Below are positions 28,803-39,168 of a stretch of DNA of 64,000 nucleotides, piece after piece; the stretch's first letter is position 1, and every line of letters starts with the position of its first letter. Origin of the DNA: Verrucomicrobiaceae bacterium (lineage in GTDB: Bacteria > Verrucomicrobiota > Verrucomicrobiia > Verrucomicrobiales > Akkermansiaceae); NCBI GenBank assembly GCA_051252135.1, contig JBPOGH010000007.1, forward strand, positions 174,892-238,891. Direction: 5' to 3'. The position numbers were made by a program, and so were the translations under genes. The notes under the pieces are model-generated. The model saw only the letters and a program-made list of their open reading frames with translations, did no database searches and was not told the origin of the DNA.

Positions 28803-31800
28803 ATGAAATCACACCTCGTTCCCTGTCTTCTTGCGGCCCTGCCTTTTATTGGTGAGGCGGGGCTGCTTCTCAACGAGTTTTCGGCAACTCATTCGGATCA
28901 TCTTTTGGTGCGTGAAGCGGGGGAGTATCCCCGGGTTGGAAATACCATTCCCTGGAGATCGGCGGACTACGATGATACCGGATGGCAGGAGGGAAACGGG
29001 CCCTTTGGTTCGGGTGTTTCCGGGCTGACGGTGGGGACGGATGTGACGGGGGAAGTGCAGGGTCGGACGCCAAGCCTCTATTTGAGGAAAGAATTTAACG
29101 CTTCGGCGGGAGAGGCGGCGAGCAATGCGACGCTGCAGTTCGAGGTGCGCTATGATGATGGGTTTATTGCGTTTCTCAATGGGGTGGAAGTGGCGAGGAG
29201 AGGGATGGGTTTTGCGGGGATGTTCGGGTATCACGATCAGCCCGCCTATGTGAGCCACAGTCCTTCATCCACTGAGACGATTGATTTGGGGGTGGCGAGT
29301 TCCCTATTGCAAAGCGGGGATAATCTTCTCTGTGTTCAGGTCCATAACGAGACGGGTTCCTATGGTGGTGATCTTTATCTCGATGCCGAGTTGAGGCTTG
29401 AGGGCGGGGCGGTGATAGTGGAGGGGGATTCGTCCTGGCGTTATTTTGCGGGAAGGGCGGCTCCTTCGGGTGGGTTGGTTGATTACGGATTACTGGGGAA
29501 GGAATTGGGGGAGGCTCCCGATGTGTTGTGGGGGACGATTTCGTTTGATGACTCGGTTTGGGCCTCCGGAGTGGGTCCGGTGGGATATGATACTGCCGAT
29601 CCCGCCGATTATGTGGTGGGGACGGATGTGCTTTCCGAGATGCACGGGGTGACTCCTTCGGTTTATCTCAGACACAACTTTGTGGTTACGCAAGCGGAGG
29701 CGGATTCGGCCTTTCCGCTTTCGCTGGAAGTTGATTTTGACGACGGGATGATCGTTTACCTGAATGGATTCGAGGTCTATCGCGACAATGTGGGAACGGC
29801 GGGAGTTGCGACAGGGCACGAAGTGGATGCCGACGGAAACCATCCGGCGACGGGTGATGGGGGAAGTGCGACCGATCGATCCCAGATGATCACGCTGGGA
29901 GCTGCGCAAAGCTTGTTGGTGACGGGAGACAATGTGTTGGCGATTCAGCTTCACAATGCATCGTCCACGAGTTCCGATTTGATCGGGAAGGCGACTTTGA
30001 GCACGACGGGAGCGAGTCCCCGGGTGTTGGTGTCACCAACGGATGCGCTGCGATACTTTGTGGGGATCGAGGAGCCGGCGGCCCTGGTGGGGGAGGATGA
30101 TCTTGGTGCGATTGAGGAGCCCTTTGATTCCGAGAATGATTGGATCGAGATTCGAAATCCGGATGGGGTCGCCGTTTCCCTGGATGGTTGGTCCTTGAGT
30201 GATGATCCCACCGACACGAGGAAGTGGAGCTTTCCCGCCGATGCGGTGATTCCGTCGAACGGGTATTATGTGGTGATGGCCAGCGGGCTCGATCTTTCAC
30301 CGGGAGCGGATGGGACGACCTATGCCCACACCAATTTCAAGTTGTCAGCCGGGGGGGATCAGATGGTGCTCACGCGTCCGGACGGGGGCGTGGAGGATCA
30401 ATTGCCGGGGGATTATCCGGTGCAGACGTGGCGTTATACCTACGGGCGGCAGTCGGACGGAGCGTGGGGTTACCTTTCATTAGGTACGCCGGGGGCGGCG
30501 AATGTGGGGGCGGCGTTGGGTGAGGCACCGGGGCTTCCGCTGGTGAGTGTGGAGGGAGGGTTTTATGCGTCGACCCAGACTGTGTCACTGAGTTCGGCGA
30601 CTCCGGGGTCGACGATTCGTTTTACGACCGACGGGAGCGATCCATTGGATGGGATTTTGTATACGGGCCCCATCCAGGTGGCATCGAACAGGGTGATTCG
30701 GGCGCGGTCGATGATGACGGATGCGATTCCTTCGGAGATTGTGACGCATACCTATCTCATCAACCAGGGGGCGGCGTACCAAAGTATTCCGGCGATGATC
30801 CTGAGTGGCGATCCGGAGAAGACGTTTTACGGTCCCAATACGTCGGGAGGTCCCAGCAATGGTGAGGGGATTTTTGCGATCAACGGGGGGAATTATGATG
30901 GGGGGAGTTGGAGTGACAATGGAGAGACGACGGCGTTTAACAATGCGGCTGGCAGCGGACGATCGAACGAAAAGTATGGAGCTCTCGAGTATTTGCCGAT
31001 GAGCGGGGAGCCCCTGCGGACGGAGCTTGGGATGCGGGTGGCGGGGAGCGGACACACCCGGGTCCGGCTTAAGATTACCGATCCGATGGATCAGCCGTTC
31101 ACGTCGACGTCGACGTCATCGACGAAGTTTGAGAAGCCTTCGTTGAATATTTTCTTTCGCCCCGAGTTTGGAGACCGGCCGATTAACTATCCTTTCTTCG
31201 GGAGCAACTCCGTGACCGAGTTCGATAGTCTCCGGGTGCGTGCGGGGAAGAACGATTGGTACAACCCGTTCATCAAGGACGAACTGATGAGGCGTCTTTT
31301 CATCAGGAGCGGTCAGGTGGGGAGCTACGGGACGATTCACACCTTGTGGATCAACGGAGTTTACAAAGGGTATTACAACAGTGCGGAGCGGGTGCGGGAA
31401 GGGTTCATGCAAGCGCATTACAACAGCAATGAGTCGTGGGATGTTCAGCAGGTAAACTCTTTCTCCAGCGGCGATCCGATCAACTGGAACAAGATGATTT
31501 CTTATCTTCGGACGGCCGATCTGACGACGGAGGCCGGCTATGCGGGGGTGCATGATTACCTGGATGTGGACAACTACATCGATTACATTTTGGTCAATGC
31601 CTACGCGGCGATGGGTGACTGGCCTCACAACAACTGGATTGCGGCGAGGGAGCGGACGTCGCTGGGTCGGTGGCGTTTTTATGTGTGGGATGCGGAGGGC
31701 TCGTTCGGGTTTGCGGGCCGGAGTACGTCGACCAATTCCTTTACCGAGCAGCTGACGCTGCCGAACGATCGTTTCCCGACCGGTGATGCGTATACGACGA

Positions 31801-34193
31801 ACAGCCAATATATTCAGGCGATGTATACCTTGTTGAAGGAGTCACCCGAGTTCCGGCTTCGCATGGCCGATCGCGGTCAGAAGCATCTCTACAATGGCGG
31901 GGCGCTGGTGACTTCCGAGATTTCGACGGTATACGACGAATTGCGGAACGAGGTGACGCCGATTATCGAGGAGACGATCGGCGGGTCATTTCGGTCGTCC
32001 TTTTACACGGGTTGGATTGCGAACGGGGCGCGCTTCAATGCGCTGACGAGCCAGCTCGTGAGTGAGGGGGCGTGGCCATCGGTTGATGCACCCGCTTTGA
32101 ACCAGCATGGCGGGGAGATATCGTCGGGATTCCAGCTGGGTTTGAGTAATCCGAATGGTGGCGGGGTGGTTTATTTTACGACTGATGGAAGTGATCCCAG
32201 GGTATTGGGCGGCGGAATCGCGGGGACTCCTTACGCGGGGCCGGTGACGCTCAACGATGACACGAGGGTGCGGGCCCGGGTCCTGGAAGGGGGCACCTGG
32301 AGTCCGGAAATTGATGTCGAGTTCACGCTGCCCTTTGCCCATCCGACCTTTATGTCCACTGTGAATGCCGATTGGACCGCAGATGGGAATTGGTCGAGTT
32401 CTCCTGCGGCGTATCCCAACGGGAGCGGGGTTACGGCGGTGGTGCCGGGTGCGGTGGGTGCATCGCGTAATGCGGAGCTTCGAGCTCCGGTGACGGTGGG
32501 CAAGCTTCACTTCGATCTGGAAAGTTCGGAGAGCCGGAGCCGAGTCCGGGATCGTAATACGGGGAACACGTTGACGTTTGCCGATTCGGGTGGGACGGCG
32601 GAGATTTCAGTGACCGGTCTTGGTTCGGGGTATGGAGAGCTTGAAGTGGAAGCGGGGACGGTTCTGGCGAGTGATTTGAGATTGGATGTGCAGAATAAGG
32701 CCGGTGATTCCGAGTATGGCGCGCTGCGTTTGCGAAGCGGGTTCAGTGGGTCAGGCGGGCTGGTGAAGGCGGGGCCGGGGATTGCGTCGATGACGGGAGA
32801 TGGCAAGAATTACACCGGAGCAACGGTCGTCGAACGGGGCGTGCTTCAGCTCACCGCACCTGCTGCTCCGGTAGCCAGTAGTTCGGTTGCGGTTCTGCCG
32901 GGCGGGCAGCTCCGGTTGACATCGGGAAGTGGAGTTGGAGGACCGGCACGGGACTACTCCTTTGGTGGGAATTTAGGCCTCTCGGGAATCGGCAGGGGGA
33001 GTGAAATCGCGGACGGAGCGGGAAACGGGAAGTTGGGTGCTTTGCGTTATGACCCGGGAACCAGTGGCAACCATGCGTTGATTTCGACGTCGGTCTCGCT
33101 GGAGGCGACTGCGGAGATTCATGTGGCGGGGTCCGATAACCTGCTGGAATTGGCGATGCCCCTGACAGGAGTCGGGCCGCTGGTGAAATCGGGTGGTGGC
33201 ACGCTTTTTCTGAATGGCGACCAAAGCGCGTCGTCTTATCCAATTACGGTGGATACGGGAGGGCTCGAAATTCAGGGGACAGTGGGTTCCGCGCTTTATT
33301 TGTCTCCAACAGCGACCCTTAAGGGTCATGGGAGCGCGGGGTCGATCACGGGAGAGGGGAGGATTGTGCTGGAGCAGACCTTACTTCAGGCACCTGCTTC
33401 CAACGCGAGTGGTTATTCGTTTGTCTTTGGGGCGAGTGGGCTTCCTGATTTCAACCAACCAGCTCTTTCGGTGAATGCCGCGATGCTTTTGGAAGAGGCT
33501 CCAACCGGAGTTCTGGGGCTGGATTTCTATCTTACGGGGAGTGCCAATACGATGGGGGCGGTTTCCCGTGGAGGGTTGGTTGTTCCGGTTTCCGAAGATT
33601 TGGAAGGCGCGTTGTTGTCGGCCCAGATCAGGGTCTTTTCGGCTGATCCTGCGGGCGTTCATGCCTTTGAGGGGCAGACCTGGAGTCCGGTGACGGATTT
33701 TGAGCTGACCTCGGTTGTTTCCGAGATCGGGCAAGCGTCGCCGTTTGGCGAGGTGAGAATCCTGGAACTGAGGAATGGCGGGGGGACATCAAGCAGTTTC
33801 GAGGGTTGGCGCCAGGAGCGGTTTAGCGAAGCGGAGCTTGCGGATCCGGCCATTTCCGGGCCATTGGCCAGCCCCTTTGATGATGGGATCAGCAATCTTA
33901 TCCGCTATGCCTTTGGGGTTCCAAACGGGGTCCGGGGGGAGAGCTTCCTTCCCCGGCTGACTTCGACATCAGCGGGGGTTGGAGTTGAATTTCCGTTTGA
34001 GAGCGGACGGAACGACATTGAAGTGGTGGTGGAGTCGACGGATACGCTGGATGATTGGTCTTCGGCGACCCTTTTGTTCAATTCGTCCCTGGGATTCACT
34101 CCTACAGCGAATGGGGAAGGGCGGATCCGGATTGCTGATTCCCGGGTGGAGGTGGGGAAACGGTTCTACCGGGTTCGGGTGACGGAGCGATGA
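28803..34193 (+). CDS. Large secreted CotH-kinase / lamin-tail-domain protein with FN3-like and autotransporter-associated repeats
   Basis: Signal peptide from ATG 28803, DWIEIRN..WSLSDD (LTD), YTTDGSDP-type domains, INGVYKGYY..ER, DWPHNNW, WDAE (CotH), GGLVKAG..NYTGAT repeats. Confidence 0.85.
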   Translation: MKSHLVPCLLAALPFIGEAGLLLNEFSATHSDHLLVREAGEYPRVGNTIPWRSADYDDTGWQEGNGPFGSGVSGLTVGTDVTGEVQGRTPSLYLRKEFNASAGEAASNATLQFEVRYDDGFIAFLNGVEVARRGMGFAGMFGYHDQPAYVSHSPSSTETIDLGVASSLLQSGDNLLCVQVHNETGSYGGDLYLDAELRLEGGAVIVEGDSSWRYFAGRAAPSGGLVDYGLLGKELGEAPDVLWGTISFDDSVWASGVGPVGYDTADPADYVVGTDVLSEMHGVTPSVYLRHNFVVTQAEADSAFPLSLEVDFDDGMIVYLNGFEVYRDNVGTAGVATGHEVDADGNHPATGDGGSATDRSQMITLGAAQSLLVTGDNVLAIQLHNASSTSSDLIGKATLSTTGASPRVLVSPTDALRYFVGIEEPAALVGEDDLGAIEEPFDSENDWIEIRNPDGVAVSLDGWSLSDDPTDTRKWSFPADAVIPSNGYYVVMASGLDLSPGADGTTYAHTNFKLSAGGDQMVLTRPDGGVEDQLPGDYPVQTWRYTYGRQSDGAWGYLSLGTPGAANVGAALGEAPGLPLVSVEGGFYASTQTVSLSSATPGSTIRFTTDGSDPLDGILYTGPIQVASNRVIRARSMMTDAIPSEIVTHTYLINQGAAYQSIPAMILSGDPEKTFYGPNTSGGPSNGEGIFAINGGNYDGGSWSDNGETTAFNNAAGSGRSNEKYGALEYLPMSGEPLRTELGMRVAGSGHTRVRLKITDPMDQPFTSTSTSSTKFEKPSLNIFFRPEFGDRPINYPFFGSNSVTEFDSLRVRAGKNDWYNPFIKDELMRRLFIRSGQVGSYGTIHTLWINGVYKGYYNSAERVREGFMQAHYNSNESWDVQQVNSFSSGDPINWNKMISYLRTADLTTEAGYAGVHDYLDVDNYIDYILVNAYAAMGDWPHNNWIAARERTSLGRWRFYVWDAEGSFGFAGRSTSTNSFTEQLTLPNDRFPTGDAYTTNSQYIQAMYTLLKESPEFRLRMADRGQKHLYNGGALVTSEISTVYDELRNEVTPIIEETIGGSFRSSFYTGWIANGARFNALTSQLVSEGAWPSVDAPALNQHGGEISSGFQLGLSNPNGGGVVYFTTDGSDPRVLGGGIAGTPYAGPVTLNDDTRVRARVLEGGTWSPEIDVEFTLPFAHPTFMSTVNADWTADGNWSSSPAAYPNGSGVTAVVPGAVGASRNAELRAPVTVGKLHFDLESSESRSRVRDRNTGNTLTFADSGGTAEISVTGLGSGYGELEVEAGTVLASDLRLDVQNKAGDSEYGALRLRSGFSGSGGLVKAGPGIASMTGDGKNYTGATVVERGVLQLTAPAAPVASSSVAVLPGGQLRLTSGSGVGGPARDYSFGGNLGLSGIGRGSEIADGAGNGKLGALRYDPGTSGNHALISTSVSLEATAEIHVAGSDNLLELAMPLTGVGPLVKSGGGTLFLNGDQSASSYPITVDTGGLEIQGTVGSALYLSPTATLKGHGSAGSITGEGRIVLEQTLLQAPASNASGYSFVFGASGLPDFNQPALSVNAAMLLEEAPTGVLGLDFYLTGSANTMGAVSRGGLVVPVSEDLEGALLSAQIRVFSADPAGVHAFEGQTWSPVTDFELTSVVSEIGQASPFGEVRILELRNGGGTSSSFEGWRQERFSEAELADPAISGPLASPFDDGISNLIRYAFGVPNGVRGESFLPRLTSTSAGVGVEFPFESGRNDIEVVVESTDTLDDWSSATLLFNSSLGFTPTANGEGRIRIADSRVEVGKRFYRVRVTER

Positions 34194-34216
34194 TGGGTGT
34201 CTCGGGCGGTGGTGGT

Positions 34217-34236
34217 TGTCACGTGTTTTAGTGACA
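34217..34236. promoter_or_regulatory. TGTCAC-N8-GTGACA palindrome, site 4 (degenerate site 5 at 34329-34348)
   Basis: TGTCACGTGTTTTAGTGACA, whose reverse complement has spacer TAAAACAC. Second site TGTCGTCTGTTTACGTGACA. Confidence 0.7.
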
Positions 34237-34439
34237 TGACAGGTGAGAGGGGTGTCGGTATTCTGCTGCCTATGAATCGATTCCTGAAAAGATGGCTGAA
34301 ACAGTCAGGGGCCATGAGGCTCATGGGCTGTCGTCTGTTTACGTGACATGACAACGGAGCCTTTTTGTTCAATTCTGGCCCTCAGTTGTTCTTGCTTTGA
34401 ATAGAAAAACCAATGCGGGGCTGCAACAATACGACTATT

Positions 34440-35141
34440 ATGAAAATAAGAAACAAAACAACATTGCCCAAGCTGGCAGTTCTACTGGCTGCGGGCACGA
34501 TGAGTGCCTCCGGTGCGGTAATCGCTGGTTGGGATAGCGATTGGAGTACTACGACTGCAGATCAACTCGTTGGTGCAACGGGTGTGAGAGCAGATGTTAG
34601 TGGAACTGGTCTGGGAATCAATTTCCGTGGAAGTAGTGACGATGGAACCTTTGGGTCGATCGCTGGCGCGGACCCATCATTTGGAACTGCAGCTGCAGAT
34701 CACAAGTTGGGTGGTCGTTTCTCTACCACAGCTGCTGCTACTGTTGACTTCACGGTAACCGATACTTCAGGATTGGATCGTGATTTGACTACTTTCAGTT
34801 TCGATTCGGTCACCAGGAATGGAACGCAGGTCGGAAGCTTTACCCTGAGTGTTGTTTCCGGTGGTGCGCTTACACCGGGAACTGTGGGGACCGGAAATAT
34901 TGCCGCTAGTTTCACGGCGAACTTCCTTGAAGATTATGACGTTTCTCTTACGGGGTTGGCTGACAATACCCTTGAGGCTAACGGGTCGGTGACTTTCCGA
35001 CTTGCTTTTGTGCAGTCTACAGCAAAGCACCTTGAGCTTGATAACGTCGCTGTTAGCGGGGTTGCATCAGTTCCCGAGCCATCGTCCGCTCTCCTTCTTG
35101 GGTTGAGTGGTCTCGCTCTCATGGCACGTCGGCGCAAGTAG
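34440..35141 (+). CDS. PEP-CTERM sorting domain protein
   Basis: Signal peptide; C-terminus VPEPSSALLLGLSGLALMARRRK. Confidence 0.93.
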   Translation: MKIRNKTTLPKLAVLLAAGTMSASGAVIAGWDSDWSTTTADQLVGATGVRADVSGTGLGINFRGSSDDGTFGSIAGADPSFGTAAADHKLGGRFSTTAAATVDFTVTDTSGLDRDLTTFSFDSVTRNGTQVGSFTLSVVSGGALTPGTVGTGNIAASFTANFLEDYDVSLTGLADNTLEANGSVTFRLAFVQSTAKHLELDNVAVSGVASVPEPSSALLLGLSGLALMARRRK

Positions 35142-35181
35142 TCGGCAGTGCTACGATAAGATTTTTATCGTGTGTATATTG

Positions 35182-35217
35182 GGAGGGTGTGTCGCGAGGC
35201 ACGCCCTCCTTTTCTTT
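35182..35217 (+). terminator. Intrinsic terminator
   Basis: GGAGGGTGTG-loop-CACGCCCTCC followed by TTTTCTTT. Confidence 0.75.
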
Positions 35218-35246
35218 GAACTTTTACCAAGAACAACTTACTGGAA

Positions 35247-38200
35247 ATGAAACAGGTTATCTTCGTCGCCTTTTTAATGATCGGAGTTTGCGTCGGGCAG
35301 ACGTTCAATGAGAGCGGCGGTTTGGTGGTGATGGAGATGGAGAGTACCCCATCGGTTCGGGGGCAGTGGCAGGAGGAGAGTTCGCTTTCGGGATTTACGG
35401 GGTCGGGTTACTTGCGGTTTTTAGGGAACACTTTTGAGACGGGGCCGGCGGATTCTCCGCTGGAGTTCAATTTTAAGATTAATCAGGCGGGCTTGTATTA
35501 TTTGCACCTGCATTGCGCGAAGGAGACGCATGAGGGGCGCACGGATGTGGCGAACGATTGTTATGTGCGGGTTGAAGGGGATTACACGGCGGGGCCGGGA
35601 CCGCATGACGGGCATGGCGACAATGCGTCGTTGGCCTTGCTGCAGGCGGATACGAAGTATTTTGGAGGAGCGACGAATGCGTGGAAGTGGGAGAACGGTC
35701 AGGATTCGTCGGGTGGAGCGGGGAATCTCGATCCGGGTGGTCACCAGAACAAGCGGGTGGCGGTCTATGACTTTAAGGCTGGTGAGACCTACAAGTTGGT
35801 GGTGTCGGGGAGGTCGAAGTTTTTCCGGATCAATCGTCTCGTTTTCCGGCACAGTGGGACGGCGGCGAGTGTCGCTCAGGATTTGAGCACTCCGGAGTCG
35901 GGCGTGTTATCGGGGGGCGTGAGTTATCTTTACGATGCGCGGACGGATTTCCCGAGTATCGATGGAGGAGACGTTCCTTACTACAAGGACAATGGAAATG
36001 GCGCGCTGGCGATTGCGGCGAATGTTGTGGCGAATCGCACGGGCTTTGCGCGGGCCTCGCGGACCTTTGAGGGAGTTTCGGGGACTTATGATGTGACGAT
36101 CACGACGATGACGGAGGAAGATGGGGAGTCGGAGTATCGGCTGCTGGTGAATGGGGTTCAGGTGGCGACTTACACGAATCCTTTTGTGTTCGATCCGCCG
36201 GAGTCGCCGCTCGATTTGCAGCCGAATACGCACACGTGGACGGGGATTACGATTCCGGGTGGGGCGACGATCGCAGTGGAGTCGAATGCCGATACGAACG
36301 GGGAGATTCCCGAGGAAGGCGGGACGGCTTGGGCGCGGGGAAGGTGGAGTCAGATTGAGTTTGTGAATACCGATGCGAATTCGGTGGTGAAGCCGCCTGC
36401 GGGAAGGTTGGCGATTGTCTCCGATGGAAACTCACCGGACCCGGATGACATCGGGGCGAAGGCGGTGATGTTTGGCATTTTAAAGGGCGCAAGTATGCAG
36501 GATCGACTGGTGCATGTGTCGCATTCTTGTGATCTCGATCCTTTTTCCAACCCGGGGAACCAGACGATTGATGCTCCGAACGAGCTTCGGCGTCAGAACA
36601 AGCTGCACCAACTGACGGGCGAGGGGATTGGCTTTTTTGGGCCCTTTCCGAATTTGGCGGACTACTACAACTGTCGGACCGAGCAGCAGGCGGCGGTGGA
36701 TGACTTGCGGGATGCGATTAACGCGTCATCGGCGAGTGATCCTCTGTGGATCGTGGAGGGCGGGGAGCCGGATGTGATTGGCTATGCGCTGCAGGCGGCG
36801 ACGGCATCGAAGCGGCAGTTTGTGCACGTCATTTCCCATCATCCGGCAAACGACAACAGTGGCGACTTTTTCACCTGGCAGCAGATTTTGGACTTCGGAG
36901 TGACGGAGCATCAGATTGGTGATCAGAACGTGGGACTGCAGGTTCAGATCAGTAGCGGGGTGTGGGACTGGGCGGAGAATCATGTGCGGCCGGAGATTGC
37001 CTGGATTTGGGATCAGCTGAAATATGCGGAGCAGGATGGGGTGGTTGGTTTTCAGGCCAACAAGTTCGATTGTTCGGATGCGGGAATGGTTTACTGGTGG
37101 CTCTCGGGGGCGACGAATGGAGGGAACAAGAACTCGACGCCGGCCGAGATGCAGGCGCTCTTGCTGAAGGAGGAAGAGGTGGTGCCCGAGTTGATGATTG
37201 GGGTGGATGCGGATGCGAGTGTGAAGGAAGACGAGACGGTGGTGGAGCAGGATCAACCGACCACTCTCCTGGGGGCGGGAGGAAACAATCCGTGGGTGGA
37301 TCGGGCGTCGGTTTATGTGTTTCAATTGCCTGATCTGGGTGAGGTGGCGAATCCCTTTGTGACGAGCTCGTTGACGTTTGATTTTTCGGCGAAGCAGGGG
37401 ACTTTGAAAAACAACGATCTTTATGGACTGGGGCGTCGGGCTTCGGCGGAGGTTTTGGGGAGTGATTACTATGGTCAAACATCGGTGGTGGATGCCAGCG
37501 ATGCGACGCGGCTGCAGTCGGATATTCTGACGAACTCAACTGCCTTGGGGTCGGTGAGCACGTCGGGTGCGGGGAGCACGGCGCTGCGGGATTATCTCAA
37601 TGCGCAATACGATTCGGGCGCGGGTGCGGGAGAGTTTGTTTTTCTGCGATTGAATACCTCGGAGCCGAAGAGCGGGATTCATCGGGCGACGCTGACGATG
37701 TCGGAAGGGAGTGCGGCCAGTCCGGTCGATACACGCCCGCGGATCAGCTACACGGTCGGGGGAACGCCCGTGGCCGAGGTGCCCCGGGTTGTCGCGGGCT
37801 GGGATCAGTGGGGAAGCAATACGGCACCTGAAGCCACGGTGACAGGCGCGGGGATTGTCGCGACGGCTGCGGCGTCAGCGGCGACAGGGAGTTGGGGAAT
37901 TGCGGATGACAATAGCAGCGGTCGGGGTGCCAGTGGGGACGGGACGTGGGGATCGTTTGATGGTGGAGGCGTGGCGGCGAGTGCGGTGAGCTCGGGCGAA
38001 GGTTCGAATATGACGGCTTTCAACGGGGTGACCGATGCCGAGATCACCTTTTCGATCACCAACAATGCTTCCGCTGACTGGGAGTTGAAGGGCTTTCATA
38101 TGGACGTGGTGGCTTTTCGACCAAACGCGCCCCGGACTTATGAGCTGGAAGTGCTGGGTGGTGACATTTCCCATGGGGTTGTGGTGACTTCGGGGGAGGA

Positions 38201-38798
38201 CGAGATTCGGAGTCTGGGCGGGACGTTCTCGGGGAACAACGATGATCATGATGAGGTTGACGTGGACCTGTCGGGGCTGGCTGATGCGACGCTCAGATCG
38301 GGAGAGTCGGCGGTGATCCGGATTCGCTTTTCGAGTGGGACAGGCTCGGGAGGCGGGCATCATTTGTTTTTGGACAATGTCGCGTTCTCGGGTGTGACGG
38401 CATCGGTGAGTGAGAAGCAAGGATGGCGCCTGGAACATTTTGGAACCGATCAGAATGCGGGTGTGGCGGCTGATTCGTTTGATGCGGATGGTGATGGAGA
38501 AGTGAACTTGCTGGAGTTTGCGACGGGGCAGAATCCGTTGGTGGGATCACGGGCGGAAACGCCGGTTGGCGTGAGTGGGGGAGGGCTTGAGTTTCGTTAT
38601 TCCCGGAGCAAGACGGCGCTGGCGGATGGGGTGAATTTTTTGGTGGAGTGGAGCGATTCCTTGCTGAGTGATTCCTGGAGTGGCCTCGGAGTTTTTGAAA
38701 CGCTGGAATCAGAAAACAGCGAGGTGGAGAATGTGGTGGCGACGCTGCCGATGGGGGAGGCGGGTCGACGTTTTGTGCATTTGAAGGTGATGCCTTAG
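35247..38798 (+). CDS. Secreted multidomain protein with a putative nucleoside-hydrolase-like central domain
   Basis: Signal peptide, CBM-like N-terminal domains, DGNSPDPDD motif, AGWD module, DADGDG..NLLEFATG, RRFVHLKV. Confidence 0.75.
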   Translation: MKQVIFVAFLMIGVCVGQTFNESGGLVVMEMESTPSVRGQWQEESSLSGFTGSGYLRFLGNTFETGPADSPLEFNFKINQAGLYYLHLHCAKETHEGRTDVANDCYVRVEGDYTAGPGPHDGHGDNASLALLQADTKYFGGATNAWKWENGQDSSGGAGNLDPGGHQNKRVAVYDFKAGETYKLVVSGRSKFFRINRLVFRHSGTAASVAQDLSTPESGVLSGGVSYLYDARTDFPSIDGGDVPYYKDNGNGALAIAANVVANRTGFARASRTFEGVSGTYDVTITTMTEEDGESEYRLLVNGVQVATYTNPFVFDPPESPLDLQPNTHTWTGITIPGGATIAVESNADTNGEIPEEGGTAWARGRWSQIEFVNTDANSVVKPPAGRLAIVSDGNSPDPDDIGAKAVMFGILKGASMQDRLVHVSHSCDLDPFSNPGNQTIDAPNELRRQNKLHQLTGEGIGFFGPFPNLADYYNCRTEQQAAVDDLRDAINASSASDPLWIVEGGEPDVIGYALQAATASKRQFVHVISHHPANDNSGDFFTWQQILDFGVTEHQIGDQNVGLQVQISSGVWDWAENHVRPEIAWIWDQLKYAEQDGVVGFQANKFDCSDAGMVYWWLSGATNGGNKNSTPAEMQALLLKEEEVVPELMIGVDADASVKEDETVVEQDQPTTLLGAGGNNPWVDRASVYVFQLPDLGEVANPFVTSSLTFDFSAKQGTLKNNDLYGLGRRASAEVLGSDYYGQTSVVDASDATRLQSDILTNSTALGSVSTSGAGSTALRDYLNAQYDSGAGAGEFVFLRLNTSEPKSGIHRATLTMSEGSAASPVDTRPRISYTVGGTPVAEVPRVVAGWDQWGSNTAPEATVTGAGIVATAAASAATGSWGIADDNSSGRGASGDGTWGSFDGGGVAASAVSSGEGSNMTAFNGVTDAEITFSITNNASADWELKGFHMDVVAFRPNAPRTYELEVLGGDISHGVVVTSGEDEIRSLGGTFSGNNDDHDEVDVDLSGLADATLRSGESAVIRIRFSSGTGSGGGHHLFLDNVAFSGVTASVSEKQGWRLEHFGTDQNAGVAADSFDADGDGEVNLLEFATGQNPLVGSRAETPVGVSGGGLEFRYSRSKTALADGVNFLVEWSDSLLSDSWSGLGVFETLESENSEVENVVATLPMGEAGRRFVHLKVMP

Positions 38799-38834
38799 AG
38801 CGAGTTTCGCTAGCGAGCGACGTGGGCGAGATTA

Positions 38835-38928
38835 GATCGCACTTTCAGCGCTCATGATCTGCGTGGGGATTAACCCAGGCCGTCGCTTTGCTTTGACCTG
38901 GGCTGAGTTAGCTCGCCTCGTTGAGGCT
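38835..38928. repeat. REP-like multi-hairpin element (copy A)
   Basis: GATCGCACTTTCAGCGCTC...CCCAGG..CCTGGGCT...GCCTCGTTGAGGC; same layout as the copies at 62048 and 62351. Confidence 0.6.
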
Positions 38929-39168
38929 GTTGAGGACTGCTGAAGCGAGGGGCTTAACCGAGGCCGGCGTGGTGGTTTGGACTGGGCTGAGGAGTGTTGC
39001 CTCGGCGAGGCCTCTGGTTGTGGTGTTGGTTGGGTTTTGTTGAATTGGCCTTGGGCTGGTGATTGCCCGACCGTCCAAGCGGCGGGGGCGCCGCGACTCC
39101 TTTGTCCCTTAAACGAGGGACACGAGGGGGCATCGACAAGAGGTGGGTTGTTTCTTAGGCTTGGAGCT

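Noticed and set aside
38977..39168. N-terminal extension of the second CotH protein from TTG 38977
   Set aside because: It runs through repeat-like intergenic hairpins; ATG 39169 has an RBS and gives a signal peptide.
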